Assembly: GCA_963514005.1 (NCBI GenBank)
Contig: OY740814.1
Location: 11,656,001 to 11,720,000, forward strand
DNA from: Raja brachyura
Lineage: Eukaryota
Length of the DNA stretch: 64,000 nucleotides
Direction: 5' to 3'
Part shown: piece after piece, positions 61,961-64,000 of the stretch
How the letters are laid out: every line of letters begins with the position of its first letter
Numbering within the stretch: position 1 is the first letter of the stretch
The notes under the pieces: model-generated
The model's database searches: none
Seen by the model: only the letters and a program-made list of their open reading frames with translations
What the model was told of the DNA's origin: nothing
Program-made: the position numbers and the translations under genes

Positions 61961-62528
61961 TCTCTCATGAAACTTATGATTGATAAAGGCAACAACTTTT
62001 GCATAGTGGATTTATACCAATTTATAATTTAAAACAATTTATGAAAACCTTCCGGTCTATGCGTAAACAAACGTAGAAGTGCTAAATGTTCCCATCCAAT
62101 TTTACATTCCTCTTCATTAGGTCTTCCATTTTCATCTATCCATGACAAATAAATCAAATAGGAAAACAAGGCTCAAAAGTGAAAATTCAATACAGTACAA
62201 AGCAGAAGAGCTGTACTGGTGAGAGCAATGCCGGTCACGATTGCGACTGTTCTGAGAGGGGAGCCAAGGGCTTTTTTCACATTCCTTAAAAAAAATGCTT
62301 CTGGCAAAAACAATGAGAGATAACATCAGAAACTAAATAAGCTTTATTAATTCTCTGCATTTAAACAAAGTTGATTGTTTCATCTCTCTGGAATTTGACA
62401 TAAGTAGTAAGAAATTAAAAGTAGATACTCAAATTACAAGTCATTTAACACATACAGCTAATCTATTTTATTTGCTACTAACGCTGAATTGCATATTATA
62501 AGAAATGCTAGCATTGAAGCAGACTTAC

Positions 62529-62602
62529 CCTCGAGGAGTCATATGGTGGGCTTGGCTGGTCAGCTGATCCCCAAGAATTAGTACCTGTTCTTTCTTCCAT
62601 TA
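62529..62602 (-). CDS. TCF12: TCF12 coding exon (equivalent to human exon 4), xMEERTGTNSWGSADQPSPPYDSSR
   Basis: 74 bp, acceptor tattttcttttgatag, donor AGG|gtaagt, phase 1 to 0. Homologous to human [25 protein letters not shown]. Confidence 0.96.
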
Positions 62603-63227
62603 CTATCAAAAGAAAATACAGCGTTAGTTAGACTGAAGATAGCGCTCAGAAAAGGCGTTTAAATCATTTGTGTTTCTTAAATTACTTTCTTGAAGACTCA
62701 AGGTAAATTTAACATAATAATAAATTCCTCAAACATCATCTAAATATCGACAAACCCAATAGCATCTTGCCAAATTAGTTCTTAGGAAATTCTAGAACTA
62801 TGTATTGTTGAACGACAAAAATGTAATTTCATTTCCACTCTTTAACTGAACGTGCTCACTGTGATAGGATTCGAGCACAAGGAAATGAGACAAATTTTCC
62901 ATTTTACACCAGTGCCAATTATTTTAAGATTCTTCAAAAGCAACATGTGCCTCAGTTCTTTTTAACCAAACATCTTGGACCTATCCTCAAAAAATACCTT
63001 TGCTTCACAAATTATTTTCAACACTGAACCACCAAATGAGGTGCCAATTAGTACAAAATTATAGGCATGTTTGTACTTGGAAATATTTTTGATACTGCCC
63101 CGACTTGTATAATGAAGATGCTCAAGCTGGTAAAGAAAACATATCCATGTGGATTAGATTCAAATCCAGATTTCGGAACTGAAAGTCCTTGATCGACCAC
63201 AGCATCTGCACAGACACAAGTGGACAC

Positions 63228-63342
63228 ACAAGAGACTAGATGCTGAGGGGAAAAAAAGTGCTGAGGGAATTCAGCGGCTCAGGCAGCATTTGTGGAGGGA
63301 AATGGCAAATGGGATGACTTTCTGGACCAGATCCTTTCACAA
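63228..63342 (-). mobile_element. Degenerate Penelope-pLTR-derived short element
   Basis: aaagtgctgagggaattcagcggctcaggcagcatttgtggagggaaatgg matches the family in reverse. Confidence 0.65.
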
Positions 63343-64000
63343 GATACCAGCACTGTGATTTTTTGCACATTGATACAAGTAATAGAGTACAATATATCTT
63401 AACAATCAACTTTAAACGGGTATAATGCAAACTAGAACTGGTCTTCAGTGAAAAACAATATTTGACCCTGGAAAAAAAATTATACAACTGTTTCTGCAAT
63501 TTTAACATGCTTTAATCTTCTTTTGTAAAGACCGTTTTATAGATCTACAGAATAGAGCTTTCCACAACTTGACTGTATCTTGTCTTCCACACCTTTCAGT
63601 GAAAATTCCATCACAGATTTCTAGATCCAACTACCGGTTTATTTTTGATTTGTTTCTACCAAATGCATATACACTTCCAATAATTAGTGGATCAGTAACA
63701 TTAACATCTCACTTCTCCAACCAACTACCATGACCAATATTAATATACTACAATGTTTTTCATTGAGAAATTGGTATAATAGTCCAAAACACAAACAATT
63801 ATATTGTACAGTAAATACAACTCGTGTAGCTTGTAGACTAGACATGGATTGAAGCTTTTGCACATCTCTACTCTTGAACCAATCATTATTTAGATAATAT
63901 ACTTTTTAATATTGTCCATGAGAGCAATCAACTTTCACATTTTCTACTTAATCTGCCCATTATCTTAAACTACATCCTCCCCTGTAGTTTTATGTCCACT

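Noticed and set aside
14229-62602. Assignment of the gene to TCF4 or TCF3
   Set aside because: Exon peptides ([35 protein letters not shown]) and exon sizes fit TCF12 much better.

Overview
This is vertebrate genomic DNA, AT-rich and mostly intronic. The HE1-like SINEs, HER1/CR1 LINEs and protein divergence suggest a cartilaginous fish, probably a skate or ray (inference). The window lies inside TCF12 (HEB, a class I bHLH E-protein) on the minus strand. It holds five canonical coding exons (74, 100, 65, 136 and 53 bp, equivalent to human exons 4-8) and the 69-bp coding part of the HEBAlt alternative first exon. The introns carry CR1 and Rex1/L2-like LINE fragments, tRNA-derived SINEs, a decayed IR/DR Tc1 transposon with a nested Penelope-like (GIY-YIG) insertion, and a GC-rich non-autonomous retroposon family, one copy of which has a 35/36-bp minisatellite. 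There are two assembly gaps. The most notable signal is two classes of predicted self-cleaving ribozyme inside short retroposons. One is a 54-nt minimal HDV-like fold at the exact 5' end of a 144-bp TSD-flanked element with a (GAA)n tail (20242-20385). The other is a minimal type I hammerhead in more than a dozen short Penelope-pLTR-derived insertions. A candidate extra 79-bp TCF12 exon has the same phases as exon 7. All calls were made by eye, comparisons with known proteins are from memory, and repeat boundaries are approximate unless defined by a TSD or TIR.
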